From an uncultured Planctomycetota bacterium (GTDB lineage: Bacteria; Planctomycetota; Planctomycetia; Gemmatales; Gemmataceae): a stretch of DNA of 64,000 nt. Positions 1 to 10,288 of this stretch are shown here, in pieces. A model generated the notes under the pieces. It searched no databases. It was not told the DNA's origin and worked only from the letters and a program-made list of their open reading frames with translations. Where the stretch lies: contig CAWKHF010000005.1 in assembly GCA_963849325.1 (NCBI GenBank), positions 768,001 through 832,000 of the forward strand. Reading direction: 5' to 3'. Both the position numbers and the translations under genes were made by a program. Numbering within the stretch: position 1 is the stretch's first letter; each line of letters starts with the position of its first letter.

Positions 1-1003
1 GCACTCCAGGACGCGACGAGCGTGGATCGGCCCTGTCAGCCCCTTGTGGACCAACGGGTTCGGTCCCGCCGTGGCCAGCACCAGCCAGTCGCCGCGAAGA
101 CGACACCACTCCCAGCAGATGGTGGCGGCCAGGCTGATCGCGTCTTCCAGCGGCTGCGCACTGCCGTCCGCTTCGGGCGGCAGGGTCGGGTCGAACACCA
201 GCAGCAGGTTGTCGCTCGGCTCGTCCTCGAACTCGCGGACCATTAGTTCGCTGCGCCGGGCCGACGTGCGCCAGTGGATCAAGCGCGGACTGTCGCCGCT
301 GCGATACGAGCGCAAGCCGTGGAACTCGGCCTGGGCCGCCGGGTGCGGCCGGGGACGATTGCGGCTGGAGACACACCGCGGCAGCACGGCCAGGCTGCGC
401 AGATGGCGCAGGAAGCGGCCGCGGTGGAGCCAACCCAGGCAAGGCAGCACGATCACGTCCTCGCCCACCGCCAGCGATGCGCGGCGTTCGACCAGGCCGA
501 ACGGATAGCCGCTGTGGACCGTGATCGGACCCCAGGCATAGCGGCCTCTTCGCGGCAGGACCACCTCCTGACGCAGCGTCAGATTGCCGCGGCCGGGCAG
601 CCGGTCGGCGAACCAGGTGACGGCATGGTCCGGTCCCCGGTCCTCGATGCGCAGACCCAGACGCGGACGGCGGCCGGCGTTGCTCACCCGCACCTCCACG
701 TCGCACGGCGTCCGCGCGAACACCCACTCCGCGAGGCGTCGCCGCCCCCGCAGACCGCGCAAGCTCCGCCGCGCCGACACCCCGTTCAGCACCGCCACCG
801 TCAGCAGCGCGTAACCGAGCAACATCAGCAGGTTGATGCTGCGGTGTATCCCGATGCCCAGCAGCAGCGCCGCCACCAGCAGATAATACGCGCCCGACCG
901 TCGGAAGGTGACAAGGTGACAAGATGACAAGGTGACAAGGTGACAAGGAGATGAGCCGGACGAGCAATCGCCTGGCCCAAGGGTGGGCTAGTGTCTCTTT
1001 CAT
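1..1003 (-). CDS. DUF58 family protein (3' end outside window; N-terminus uncertain, probable frameshift near 8-mer repeats)
   Basis: Reverse-strand translation gives N-terminal TM (YLLVAALLLGIG..INLLMLL) and EFHGLRSYRSGDSPRLIHWRTSARRSELMVREFE, the DUF58 signature; directly downstream of MoxR. Confidence 0.85.
   Translation of the reverse strand, partial: MKETLAHPWARRLLVRLISLSPCHLVILSPCHLPTVGRVLSAGGGAAAGHRDTPQHQPADVARLRAADGGGAERGVGAAELARSAGAATPRGVGVRADAVRRGGAGEQRRPPSASGSAHRGPGTGPCRHLVRRPAARPRQSDAASGGGPAAKRPLCLGSDHGPQRLSVRPGRTPRIAGGGRGRDRAALPGLAPPRPLPAPSAQPGRAAAVCLQPQSSPAAPGGPGRVPRLALVSQRRQSALDPLAHVGPAQRTNGPRVRGRAERQPAAGVRPDPAARSGRQCAAAGRRDQPGRHHLLGVVSSSRRLAGAGHGGTEPVGPQGADRADPRSSRPGV
905..948. 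repeat. Tandem 8-mer repeat (AAGGTGAC)x5
   Basis: Seen directly; reverse complement of the array at 1024-1059. Confidence 0.9.
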
Positions 1004-1023
1004 ACCGTTTCTCCTGATTCCAT

Positions 1024-1059
1024 TCACCTTGTCACCTTGTCACCTTGTCACCTTGTCAC
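1024..1059. repeat. Tandem 8-mer repeat (TCACCTTG)x4
   Basis: Seen directly; inverted partner of 905-948. Confidence 0.9.
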
Positions 1060-2028
1060 GTCGGGATCGGCGTCTGTCCGAGGATGTCGCGGATGATGAT
1101 CCTCGGCGGTGCCGGCGGAGCCTTCTTGCCCGGAGGCGCGGAGCAGAATGCGATGGGCGAGCACGGCGGGGGCCAGGCGCTTGACGTCGTCGGGAACGAT
1201 GTAATCGCGGCCCTCGACCAGCGCCAGCGCCTGGGCGGCGCGATACAGGGACAGCGCCGCCCGTGTGCTGCCGCCCAGGTGGACATCCGGATGATAGCGC
1301 GTGGCGGCGATCAGGTCCAGCAGGTAGTCGGCCAGCGTGTCCTCGACGCGCACCTGCCGCACCGTCTGCTGCAGCGACACGACCTCCTCGGCCGACAACA
1401 CGGCGTGCAGGTGATCGACCGGCTCGCCGCCGCGATGGCCGGTCAGGATGCGTTTCTCCGCCTCGCGCTCCGGATAGCCGATGCGCAGGCGCATGAGGAA
1501 GCGGTCGAGCTGGCTCTCCGGCAGCGGATAGGTGCCCTCGAACTCGTAGGGGTTCTGCGTGGCCAGCACGAAGAACGGCGGACCGAGCGAGCGTGTCTGG
1601 CCATCCAGCGAAACCTGGTGATCGCTCATCGCCTCCAGCAGAGCGCTCTGGGTGCGCGGCGTGGCCCGGTTGATCTCGTCGGCCAGCACAACCTGAGCGA
1701 ACAGCGGGCCGGGCTGGAAGACGAAGGCGCCGGTGCCCTGGTGAAAGACGCTGGTGCCGAGCACGTCGCTGGGCAGCAGGTCCGGCGTGAACTGAATGCG
1801 ATGGAACGAGCAGCCGAGACTGCGGGATAGCGCCTTGGCCAGCAGCGTCTTGCCGATGCCCGGCACGTCCTCGATGAGCAAATGTCCCTCGGCCAGCAGC
1901 GTCACCAGGGCCAAACGGATGACCTCGGGCTTGCCGAGCAGAACGCTGGCGACGTTGTTTTGCAGCTTTTCCAGCAGGCGGATCGCCTCGCCGGTCGGTC
2001 CTCCGGGGGGAGTGTGGTTGCGGTTCAT
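1048..2028 (-). CDS. moxR: MoxR family AAA+ ATPase (C-terminus possibly frameshifted; alternative stop at 1056)
   Basis: [56 protein letters not shown] motifs. Confidence 0.95.
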   Translation of the reverse strand: MNRNHTPPGGPTGEAIRLLEKLQNNVASVLLGKPEVIRLALVTLLAEGHLLIEDVPGIGKTLLAKALSRSLGCSFHRIQFTPDLLPSDVLGTSVFHQGTGAFVFQPGPLFAQVVLADEINRATPRTQSALLEAMSDHQVSLDGQTRSLGPPFFVLATQNPYEFEGTYPLPESQLDRFLMRLRIGYPEREAEKRILTGHRGGEPVDHLHAVLSAEEVVSLQQTVRQVRVEDTLADYLLDLIAATRYHPDVHLGGSTRAALSLYRAAQALALVEGRDYIVPDDVKRLAPAVLAHRILLRASGQEGSAGTAEDHHPRHPRTDADPDVTR

Positions 2029-2134
2029 GGTCTCCCGTGAGTCCCCCGCGAGGAATCGGTAGGAAGGGAATGGGAGATATTATAGACAGATTGACGTTGA
2101 ACCGACCAGGCGTTTGCTTGCGGCAAAACGCTTG

Positions 2135-2205
2135 CGAGCCTGAAGCGTAAGCGAAGAGAACGATAACCGAAGGTTGTCGCGCTCTTCGCTTACGCTTCAG
2201 GCTCG
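2135..2205. repeat. REP-like palindrome (CGAGCCTGAAGCGTAAGCGAAG...CTTCGCTTACGCTTCAGGCTCG)
   Basis: Long inverted arms downstream of phoB. Confidence 0.85.
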
Positions 2206-2236
2206 GAGAAACACATGCTATCCGCTTGATCGGGGT

Positions 2237-2972
2237 TCACTCGCGCGTCTCGCGGAAGCGATAGCCGACGCCGCGCACCGTCTCGATCAGGTCGGACGTG
2301 CCCAGCTTCTTGCGCAGCGTCTTGATGTGGACGTCGATGGTGCGTTCCAGAACGATGGCGCCTTCGCCGATGGCGGCGTCCATGAGCTGATGCCGCGTGA
2401 AGGCCCGGCCCGGCTGGCGCAGCAGGCACTCCAGCAGGCGGAACTCCGTCGGCGTCAGGTCCAACTCGCGTTCCTCGGCGTAGGCCCGATGCCGCACGCG
2501 GTCCAGTCGCACGTCGAGGTGCTCGATCACGTCCACCGGGTCGGTGACGCCCTCGACGCGGCGCTGCAGCGCCTTGATGCGCTGCAGCAGCACCTTGACG
2601 CTGAACGGCTTGGTCACGTAATCGTCGGCCCCCAGCGAGAAGCCGACCACCTGATCGGTCTCCTCCGCCTTGGCGCTGATGATGATGATGGGGATGTCGC
2701 GCGTGCGCTCGCCGCCGCGCAGCTCGCGGCAGAACGTCGAAGCCGCTCAGGCCCGGCAGCATGAGGTCGAGCAGGATCAGGTCGGGCAAGAGCGTCTGCG
2801 CCTTGCGCAGTCCTTCCTGGCCGTCGTGGGCGACGACCGTTTCGTAGCCCTCGCGTTTGAGGTTGTACTCCAGCACGTCGGTCAGGCCGCGCTCGTCCTC
2901 GATGATGAGGATGCGCAGGCGCGGCGTGGTGGACGCCGGGGCGTTGGACGCGGCGACTGCCATCGTTGACAT
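2237..2972 (-). CDS. phoB: OmpR/PhoB family response regulator (frameshift near 2725)
   Basis: Receiver [17 protein letters not shown] in one frame; [40 protein letters not shown] in another; in pst operon. Confidence 0.9.
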
Positions 2973-2984
2973 CTCCACCCATTT

Positions 2985-3818
2985 TCATCCGAATCGTCCG
3001 GTGATGTAGTCTTCCGTCTGCTTCACCAGCGGGCGCGTATACAGTTGATCGGTCGGCCCGGACTCGATGAGCCGGCCCTGGAAGAAGAAGGCCGTGCGAT
3101 CGGAGACGCGGGCGGCCTGCTGCATGTTGTGCGTCACGATGACGATGGTGTAATCGCGCTTCAGCTCGAAGATGAGGTCTTCGATGCGGGCCGTCGAGGC
3201 CGGGTCCAGGGCCGAGGCCGGCTCGTCCAGCAGCAGCACTTCCGGATCGGTCGCCAGAGCGCGAGCGATGCACAGGCGCTGCGCCTGGCCGCCGGACAGG
3301 TTCAGGGCCGAGTCGTCCAGGCGATCCTTGACCTCGTCCCACAGGGCCGCCCCGCGCAGACAGCGCTCGCAGATTTCGTGCAGCGCGCGCCTTGTTGCGG
3401 ACGCCGGCCACGCGCGGCCCGAACACCACGTTCTCGAAGACGCTCTTGGGGAATGGGTTGGACTTCTGGAACACCATGCCCACGCGCCGCCGCAGATCCA
3501 CCAGGTTGACGTTGCGGCCGCCGATGTCCTCGCCGTCCAGGATCAACTCGCCGCGTGTGGCGCGTGCCCTCGATCAGATCGTTCATGCGGTTGAGGCGAA
3601 CGCAGGAACGTGGATTTGCCGCAGCCGGACGGCCCAATCAGGGCCATCACCGAACACTCCGGGATGGTCAGCGAGATGTCGAAGAGCGCCTGCTTCGCCC
3701 CGTACCAGAACGACATGTTGCGGACCTGGAACTTGGTGCGCACGCCCGGCTCGTTGGAGGGCTTGCGTCCGCTCAGGCCGCGTTCGGTGATGATGGCGGA
3801 ATAAGAGAGAGTGGACAT
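2985..3818 (-). CDS. pstB: Phosphate ABC transporter ATPase (frameshifted)
   Basis: [51 protein letters not shown] across frames. Confidence 0.95.
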
Positions 3819-4070
3819 ACATTCACTCGAAAGCGTTCCTGGCTGCCTGCGCTCTCGAACGGGCGTCGGTTCCCCATGAGTGCCCCTATTTTAGGGACCG
3901 ATTGTGTTGATTTGATGAAGATGCAGGGGAGAATTGACGACGACCACATGGGGCCGCCCACAAGGCTTCACTTGGCGACTTCCGGCAGAGCGACCACCAT
4001 TGGCAAGAAATCCGGCTAGAACGGGGCCGCGTCCCAGATCTTCGCCATGCGTCGCTTCAGGGTGCGCGCC

Positions 4071-4790
4071 TTATTGGTTAATGGTGATGGTTTGAGCAAT
4101 TACATAATACTCAAGATTGGGAGGCATAGAGCGATTCTCCAGACGAAGATATTCAGGCAAAGAAGCGGGCGATCGCCCCATAGGCTTCCATGGACGTTTC
4201 ACCTTGGGTAAGGTCTTCCAATCCAACGGCCATCGTCCTAAATAATCACTATATTCGTAGCATGCCAGTTCTCTGTCTCGCAACAAGAAATGTAAATGAT
4301 ACTTGGGAGCTTCGCAGACTCCCACTGGGATTAGAAAGAAGAGTTTTCGACATTTCCCGCCGAATTCTGGGGACAAATTGACGTGGTGGAAAACCATCAG
4401 TCCTTTTTCATCGGACGTTGGTGTCAGTCCACCCCTAAAATCCATCACAGGATAACCTAAGGCGCTATCCCCCTTATGGTCCGTAACCGAAAGGGTAACG
4501 CCTTCAATGGGTCGGCCGTTCTGATTGATAACCGTGACCTGAAACTCCACTTGAGAGAATCCGCCATCCCAAAGTTCTACAATCCCAGGGCAAATAAGTG
4601 CAAGTCCAGCAAGCACTACTATGACAGTCACGACGCCGACTGAGAATCTATTCCGAAAGCCGGCAGGCTGTGTGCGCAAGTTCTCCGAAGGGGGCCGATG
4701 AGAGAATTCACGTCCCTCGCTCTCTTCTTCGGGAATAGCCCCAGAGAGTGAATTTTTTTCCATGACTCTCATTTGTAACGGAATAGTCAC
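4071..4790 (-). CDS. Hypothetical membrane-anchored protein, AT-richer than flanks
   Basis: 239-aa ORF with one hydrophobic segment followed by VTVINQNGRPIEGVTLSV; start uncertain. Confidence 0.55.
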   Translation of the reverse strand: MTIPLQMRVMEKNSLSGAIPEEESEGREFSHRPPSENLRTQPAGFRNRFSVGVVTVIVVLAGLALICPGIVELWDGGFSQVEFQVTVINQNGRPIEGVTLSVTDHKGDSALGYPVMDFRGGLTPTSDEKGLMVFHHVNLSPEFGGKCRKLFFLIPVGVCEAPKYHLHFLLRDRELACYEYSDYLGRWPLDWKTLPKVKRPWKPMGRSPASLPEYLRLENRSMPPNLEYYVIAQTITINQ

Positions 4791-4928
4791 TTTTTCTTCG
4801 CCATCATTTCATCATATTTCCTGGCAAGATAATCAATAATATGTTGCCATTCCGTAGCATCTGTCAACACGTTCCCTGTGTTCGTTTCATCAAACCATTC
4901 TCTTCGCCCCAGTTCACGAACTATAATG

Positions 4929-5468
4929 TCAATCCGACTTGAACCCGCCGTACCCCGCCTGGGTCGTCTCGATATTGTGCGTCACCTTGCCGTCGTCGTA
5001 GCGGCAGATGAAGTGCGACCTCGCGCACGCCAGGGAAACCGGCCAGCCCAAACGCCGCCCAATGGCGACATGCAAGGCAGCCATGTTAGCGCAGGTTCCC
5101 CGCCGAGTATCCATCACCCCGTTGAGGAAGAGGTCCGAAGGGTCCGTGTACCAGACGGCCGTGACGTTCCTCTGGTCCTCTTTGTAGGCGATGCCGGCTT
5201 CGTGCTCGAGGTAGCAGCAGAGCACACCGAATCGAAAGAAGTTCACATCATTCTTCCAGTCCTGCGGTGTCTTCCGGAAAACCCGCTCGGCTCCCGGCAA
5301 CCTCCTCCTGACCCCCTCAGCCCAGTCGTCTGCCAGACGCTGCTAGCGGCGGATCTCCAGCCCGGCCAGACTTGGGATGCTCTTGGCCACCAGCAGATTC
5401 ATCTTCACCGGATCGACCTTGGCTTGCTCATCGTCGGCCAGTCCAAGCATCTCAAAGTAGTTGCGCAT
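4929..5468 (-). pseudogene. Transglutaminase-like (SirB1/Transglut_core2-type) protein, in-frame TAG and apparently truncated
   Basis: DLFLNGVMDTRRGTCANMAALHVAIGRRLGWPV..SHFICRYD motif; ATG at 5468 in frame, TAG at 5343-5345. Confidence 0.65.
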
Positions 5469-5585
5469 CGAACCGTCCTCTGTTGCTCCACGGCGGTGAA
5501 GATCCGCGATCGACCAGTGACAGTAAAGCCGTTATTGTCGGACTGTCAAGCGAAATCCGAAAAGAACTACTCAATGTTTTGGGTT

Positions 5586-7043
5586 TTACCGAGCCGCGAG
5601 CGTCAGCGAGTGGTGAGCGGGACCGCTCGCTGACGCTCGCGGCTCGGTCAATTGCGCTACTCGAGCGGCGCGAGGGAGACCGACCGTGAAGGTAGTGCCC
5701 TGTCCGGGCCGACTGCCGGCGCGGACGCTGCCGTGCATGGCCTGGGCCAGGTGCTTGACGATGGACAGCCCCAATCCGGTGCCGCCCATTTCGCGCGACC
5801 GCGCCTTGTCCACGCGATAGAAGCGCTCAAAGATGTGTGGCAGGTCCGACTCCGGGATGCCGATGCCGGTGTCGGACACCTCCAGGCAAATCTCGTCGCC
5901 TTCCGGCTGCCAGCGGACCCAGACGCGGCCGCCCTCTGGCGTGTACTTGACGGCGTTGTCCAGAAGGTTGTCGAGGATCTGTTCGACGGCTTCCTCATCG
6001 GCCCAGACGGTCAGCGGCCGCTCCTCGGTCGGCGGGACGATTTCCAGGACTTGCCCCTTGGCCTCGGCACGGGGACGCTGCCGCTCCACACAGGCCCGAA
6101 CGACCTCGGCCACGACAACAGGCTGGAAGTCGAACAATTCCTCGCCGGACTCCAGGCGCGCGAGGCTGAGCAGATCGAGGATGAGAGCGTGCAGACGATT
6201 GCTCTGGCCGGCGATCTGTTCGAGGAAGTGGGTCCGGTGTTCGGGATCGTCGATGGCGCCGTCGAGCAGCGTTTCGACGCAGGCGGTGATGACCGACAGC
6301 GGCGTCTTGAGTTCGTGGGAGACGTTGGCGACGAACTCCTGGCGCAGCCGTTCGAGGCGGCGCAGCTCGGTCGTGTCCTGCAAGACGAGCACGGCGCCGC
6401 GCGGCGGCGGGCCGGGCAGCCGCGCCGCATGGACGGTCAGGCTGCGCATGCTGGGTCCGTTCCAGCCCAGCTCCTCGCGCTGCGGTTCGGAGCTGTCCAG
6501 GGCGCGCTGCACCACGTCCAGCAGCGGCCGCTGGCGGACGACCTCCCACAAGCGCCGGCCGACCGGCGCCTGCCAGGGCAGACCCAGGAACTGCGTGGCG
6601 CGTTCGTTGGCGTAGAGGATACGCTGGTTGGCGTCCAGGGCGACGACGCCTTCGACCATGCCGCTGAGGATGGTGCGCAGCTGCTCGCGGTCCTCTTCCA
6701 GACGCGCGATCCGCGCATCGAGCCGTTCGCTCATGCGGTTGAAGGCGCGGACCAGCTCGCCGATCTCGTCCTGGCCATCCGTGAAGACGCGCGGACCAGA
6801 GGCGCCGTCGCTGAGTTTGTTGGCGGCGGCGATCAGAGACTCGATGGGCCGGCGCCAGCGCCGCGCCAGCCGGGTACTGAGGACCACAACGCCGAGTACC
6901 GCGACCGCCGCCGTGACGCCGATCCGGACGACGCCTTGCCGCCGAAGCTCGGGATCCTTCGCGCCCAGGGCGATGACCAGAGCGACGCCGGCGAGGAGCG
7001 CCAGGAAGAAGAGGGTGAACGTGGAGAAGAGACGGCGAAACAT
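5586..7043 (-). CDS. phoR: Phosphate regulon sensor histidine kinase (HAMP-PAS-HisKA-HATPase)
   Basis: EFVANVSHELKTPL, NLLDNAVKYT, FERFYRVDKARSREMGGTGLGLSIVKH. Confidence 0.93.
   Translation of the reverse strand: MFRRLFSTFTLFFLALLAGVALVIALGAKDPELRRQGVVRIGVTAAVAVLGVVVLSTRLARRWRRPIESLIAAANKLSDGASGPRVFTDGQDEIGELVRAFNRMSERLDARIARLEEDREQLRTILSGMVEGVVALDANQRILYANERATQFLGLPWQAPVGRRLWEVVRQRPLLDVVQRALDSSEPQREELGWNGPSMRSLTVHAARLPGPPPRGAVLVLQDTTELRRLERLRQEFVANVSHELKTPLSVITACVETLLDGAIDDPEHRTHFLEQIAGQSNRLHALILDLLSLARLESGEELFDFQPVVVAEVVRACVERQRPRAEAKGQVLEIVPPTEERPLTVWADEEAVEQILDNLLDNAVKYTPEGGRVWVRWQPEGDEICLEVSDTGIGIPESDLPHIFERFYRVDKARSREMGGTGLGLSIVKHLAQAMHGSVRAGSRPGQGTTFTVGLPRAARVAQLTEPRASASGPAHHSLTLAAR
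5588..5648. repeat. REP-like palindrome (ACCGAGCCGCGAGCGTCAGCGAG...) overlapping phoR 3' end
   Basis: Inverted arms; related to family B. Confidence 0.85.
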
Positions 7044-7057
7044 AAACCGGATCCACA

Positions 7058-7122
7058 GGCGAACGGCCGGCGTCAGCCGGTTAGTCTGGCCCGAACCAGC
7101 CGGCTGACGCCGGCCGTTCGCC
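7058..7122. repeat. REP-like palindrome family C (GGCGAACGGCCGGCGTCAGCCGG...)
   Basis: Inverted arms; second copy at 20961-21035. Confidence 0.9.
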
Positions 7123-7130
7123 AAAATATT

Positions 7131-9137
7131 CTACTCCGCCCGGCTGGCCAACACGACGCGCTTCCCGGTCAGCAGACGAATGCCGACGTTGAGGATCATG
7201 ACGAAGGCGAGCAGGACCAGGGCGGCGGACCAGGCGAGGCGGACCTGGTTGTCGTCGGGACTCATCGAATACTGGTAGATGTACAGCGGTAGGAAAGCGG
7301 TCTTGTCCGACGGGGAGAAGGACCAGCGATCGTTGCCGAAGGCGGTCATCAGCAGCGGAGCGGTTTCGCCGGCGATGCGGGCGATGCCGAGGAAGGTGCC
7401 GGTGAGGATGGCCGGCAGAGCGGCCGGCAGCGACACGCGCAGCACCGTTTGCCATTGGTGGGCGCCCAGGGCGTGACTGGCGTTGCGCAGCGTTTGCGGC
7501 ACCAGTTTGAGCGCTTCCTCCGACGAACGCAGGACGACGGGGACCATCATGCAGCCCAGGGCGAAGGCGCCGGCCCAGCCGGAAAACTGTTCGTCGGGAG
7601 GCAACAACTTCGCGTGGATAAACAGGCGGACGAGAGCGTAGACGAAGGTGCCGACGACGATGGACGGCACCCCGTTGAGCAGCTCGCCGAAAATGCGGAC
7701 GACGGAACCGAGACGGTTGGTGCGATACTCGGCGAGGAAGACGGCGGCCAGCAGCCCGATGGGCAGGGCGAAGGCGGTGGCCAGGGCGACCAGGAGCAGA
7801 CTGCCCAGCAAGGCGTTGGCCAGCCCGCCGCCGGTTTCTCCCATCGGCCGCGGCAATTGGGTGAAGAAGGCCACGTCCAGGCCGCCGACGCCTCGATACA
7901 GGATGAAGCCGAGGATCAAAAACAGTGGCACGCAGGTAGCGACCAAACACAGACCGAGTACGCCGAGGGTCGCCAGCACCACCAGGACGGCGACGGTCGT
8001 TATCAGGGCCAGCAGGCTCGTCCGCAGCCCGGCATCGTGTACCAGGAAGGCGAGCGCCATCGCCACGACCGCCAGAACGGCGAGGGCGGTCAGGCCCAGC
8101 ACGTTGTCGCGTCCGCCGCCGCCGGTCATGAGCCGGTTGAGCGCGGCGGCCTTGCGGGGATCGGACGACAGGCGTTCGCCGGTCGCGGTGGGCAAGGGTC
8201 GGCGGAGGAGCCGGGTCCACAACGACCGGCCGCGGCGCGGCCGGCCCATGCGTCCGATGAGCACGCGGGCCAGCACGTTCATGACGATGGTGATGCCAAA
8301 GAGCAGCAGACCCAGTTCGATCAGGGCCGATTCGTGCATTCGGCCGAGGTTGGACGGCAGCTCGACGGCGAGGAGGCTGGGGATGGTGTTGCCCTGGCCG
8401 AACGGCAAGGCCTGGAAGCGCTGCACGTTGCCGATAATCATGGTCACGGCCATGGTCTCGCCGATGGCGCGGCCCAGGGCGAGGAAACAGCCGCCGAGGA
8501 TGCCGGGCCGAGCGTAGGGCAGGACGACGCCCCAGATCATCTGCCAGCGTGTCGCTCCCAGGGCCAACGCCGCCTCGCGCTGAGCGCGCGGAACGGCCTG
8601 GCAGACGTCGTAGGAGATGGCCGCGACGTAGGGCACGACCATGATGGCGAGAATCAGTCCGGCCGACAGCAGCCCCTTGCCGCCGACGTTGGGACCGCCG
8701 GCAACGTCGAATAGCTCCTGCAAGGCGGGTCCGAGGAAGGTGATGCCCCAGAAGCCGTAGACGACGCTGGGAATGGCCGCCAGCAGCTCGACCAGGAAGG
8801 AGCCGGCCCGCTTGACCCAGCCGGTGGCGATCTCCGCCAGAAACGTTGCCGTCCCCACGCCGAAGGGGACGGCCAGGAGCATGGCCAGGGCGGAGGTGAC
8901 GAGGGAGCCATAGACGAAGACCAGTCCGCCGAAGCGTCCGTGGTTGGGGTCCCAGGTGCCGCTGATCAGGATGCGGGCGCCGACGGCGCGGACGGCCGGC
9001 CAGGCCTGCCACGTCAGCAGCACGACGATCAGCGCCACCAGCAGCATCACCACCGCCGCCGAGGATAGGCAGAGGTTCTTGAACAGTCCGTCCGTCGGCG
9101 CCGAGTCCCGGGGCGGAGCGGACAGAGAGACCGGCAC
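7131..9137 (-). CDS. pstC: Fused phosphate ABC permease PstC-PstA
   Basis: Single 668-aa ORF with two permease domains (ELLAAIPSVVYGFWG..GRAIGETMAV; ELLNGVPSIVVG..ARIAGETAPLL). Confidence 0.9.
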   Translation of the reverse strand: MPVSLSAPPRDSAPTDGLFKNLCLSSAAVVMLLVALIVVLLTWQAWPAVRAVGARILISGTWDPNHGRFGGLVFVYGSLVTSALAMLLAVPFGVGTATFLAEIATGWVKRAGSFLVELLAAIPSVVYGFWGITFLGPALQELFDVAGGPNVGGKGLLSAGLILAIMVVPYVAAISYDVCQAVPRAQREAALALGATRWQMIWGVVLPYARPGILGGCFLALGRAIGETMAVTMIIGNVQRFQALPFGQGNTIPSLLAVELPSNLGRMHESALIELGLLLFGITIVMNVLARVLIGRMGRPRRGRSLWTRLLRRPLPTATGERLSSDPRKAAALNRLMTGGGGRDNVLGLTALAVLAVVAMALAFLVHDAGLRTSLLALITTVAVLVVLATLGVLGLCLVATCVPLFLILGFILYRGVGGLDVAFFTQLPRPMGETGGGLANALLGSLLLVALATAFALPIGLLAAVFLAEYRTNRLGSVVRIFGELLNGVPSIVVGTFVYALVRLFIHAKLLPPDEQFSGWAGAFALGCMMVPVVLRSSEEALKLVPQTLRNASHALGAHQWQTVLRVSLPAALPAILTGTFLGIARIAGETAPLLMTAFGNDRWSFSPSDKTAFLPLYIYQYSMSPDDNQVRLAWSAALVLLAFVMILNVGIRLLTGKRVVLASRAE

Positions 9138-9155
9138 GGTTCACGATCCACACCT

Positions 9156-10202
9156 TTACTTGACCTGGATGCTCTGGAGTTTCTCGTCGATGCGTGGGAC
9201 GAGCGACGCGGGCAGCCGGGCGTATTGCATTTCTTCGGCGTACTTCTGGCCTTCGTGGACGATCCAGGTCAGGAACTGGACCAGCTCGCGGCCGGCGTCG
9301 CCGGACTGGTTCCGGTACAGCACGGCCCAGGTGGTGCCGCTGATCGGATAGGCGTCTTCGGCCTGGTAGTGCTGGACGATGGAGAAGCGCAGGTCGTCGG
9401 GCACCTTCGAGAGCGAGCCGGCCGCGGCGCTGACGTTGGCCTGGGTGGCCCGAATGAACTTGCCGGCCTTGTTGCGGACGGCGCCGTACTGGATGTCCTT
9501 CTTCTGCAAGGCATAGAGCAACTCGACGTAGCCGATGCTGCCGGCGTTGCGGGCGATGTTGTCGGCCAGGGCCGGGTTGCCCTTTTCGCCGCTGCCGACC
9601 GGCCAATCCACGCTGGTGTTGGAGCCGCACTTCTCCTTCCACCTGGGGCTGACCGTGCTGAGGAACTCGGTGAAGATGGCGGTCGTGCCGCTGCCCTCGG
9701 CCCGATGGACGACGCTGATCTTCCGGTCGGGCAGCGGCACGTCCGGGTTGTCGGCCTGGATGCGATCGTCGCTCCAGTTGGTGATGTCGCCGAGGAAGAT
9801 GCCGGCCAGCACTTCGCCGGTGAAGTTCAGCGGTTTGTCCACGCCGGGCAGGTTGTAGGCGGGCACGACGCCGCCCAGGACCAGGGGAACGTGGACGACC
9901 TCGCCGCCCTCCTGGCGAGCCATCTCCAGCTGCTCGTCAGTCAGGAAGGCGTCGGTGCAGCCGAAGTGGACGGCCTTCTCCGTCATCTGCTTGATGCCGG
10001 CCGTGGACCCTTGCCCCTGATAGTTGGTCTCGAAGCCACCCTTCTCGCGGACGTAAACGTCGATCCACTTGTCCATGATCGGCTTGAGGAACGTCGATCC
10101 CGAGCCGCTCAGCGTTTTCGAGCCGTTGCCGCAGCCGACACCGCCGGCCAGCACCAGGCACGTCAGGCCCAGACTCAGCCCCTTCCAGGTCCGCATCGTC
10201 AT
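9156..10202 (-). CDS. pstS: Phosphate ABC transporter substrate-binding lipoprotein
   Basis: Signal peptide ending in VGC, GSGSTF, NYQGQGSTAG, VHRAEGSGTT, AYPISGTTW. Confidence 0.93.
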   Translation of the reverse strand: MTMRTWKGLSLGLTCLVLAGGVGCGNGSKTLSGSGSTFLKPIMDKWIDVYVREKGGFETNYQGQGSTAGIKQMTEKAVHFGCTDAFLTDEQLEMARQEGGEVVHVPLVLGGVVPAYNLPGVDKPLNFTGEVLAGIFLGDITNWSDDRIQADNPDVPLPDRKISVVHRAEGSGTTAIFTEFLSTVSPRWKEKCGSNTSVDWPVGSGEKGNPALADNIARNAGSIGYVELLYALQKKDIQYGAVRNKAGKFIRATQANVSAAAGSLSKVPDDLRFSIVQHYQAEDAYPISGTTWAVLYRNQSGDAGRELVQFLTWIVHEGQKYAEEMQYARLPASLVPRIDEKLQSIQVK

Positions 10203-10288
10203 GGTTCTTCCCCCAGGAGCACTCTCGCATGGTAAGGCAGCCACCTGGCGGAACCTGTGAGGGATAGATGAAGATGGGATGAAGAGAT

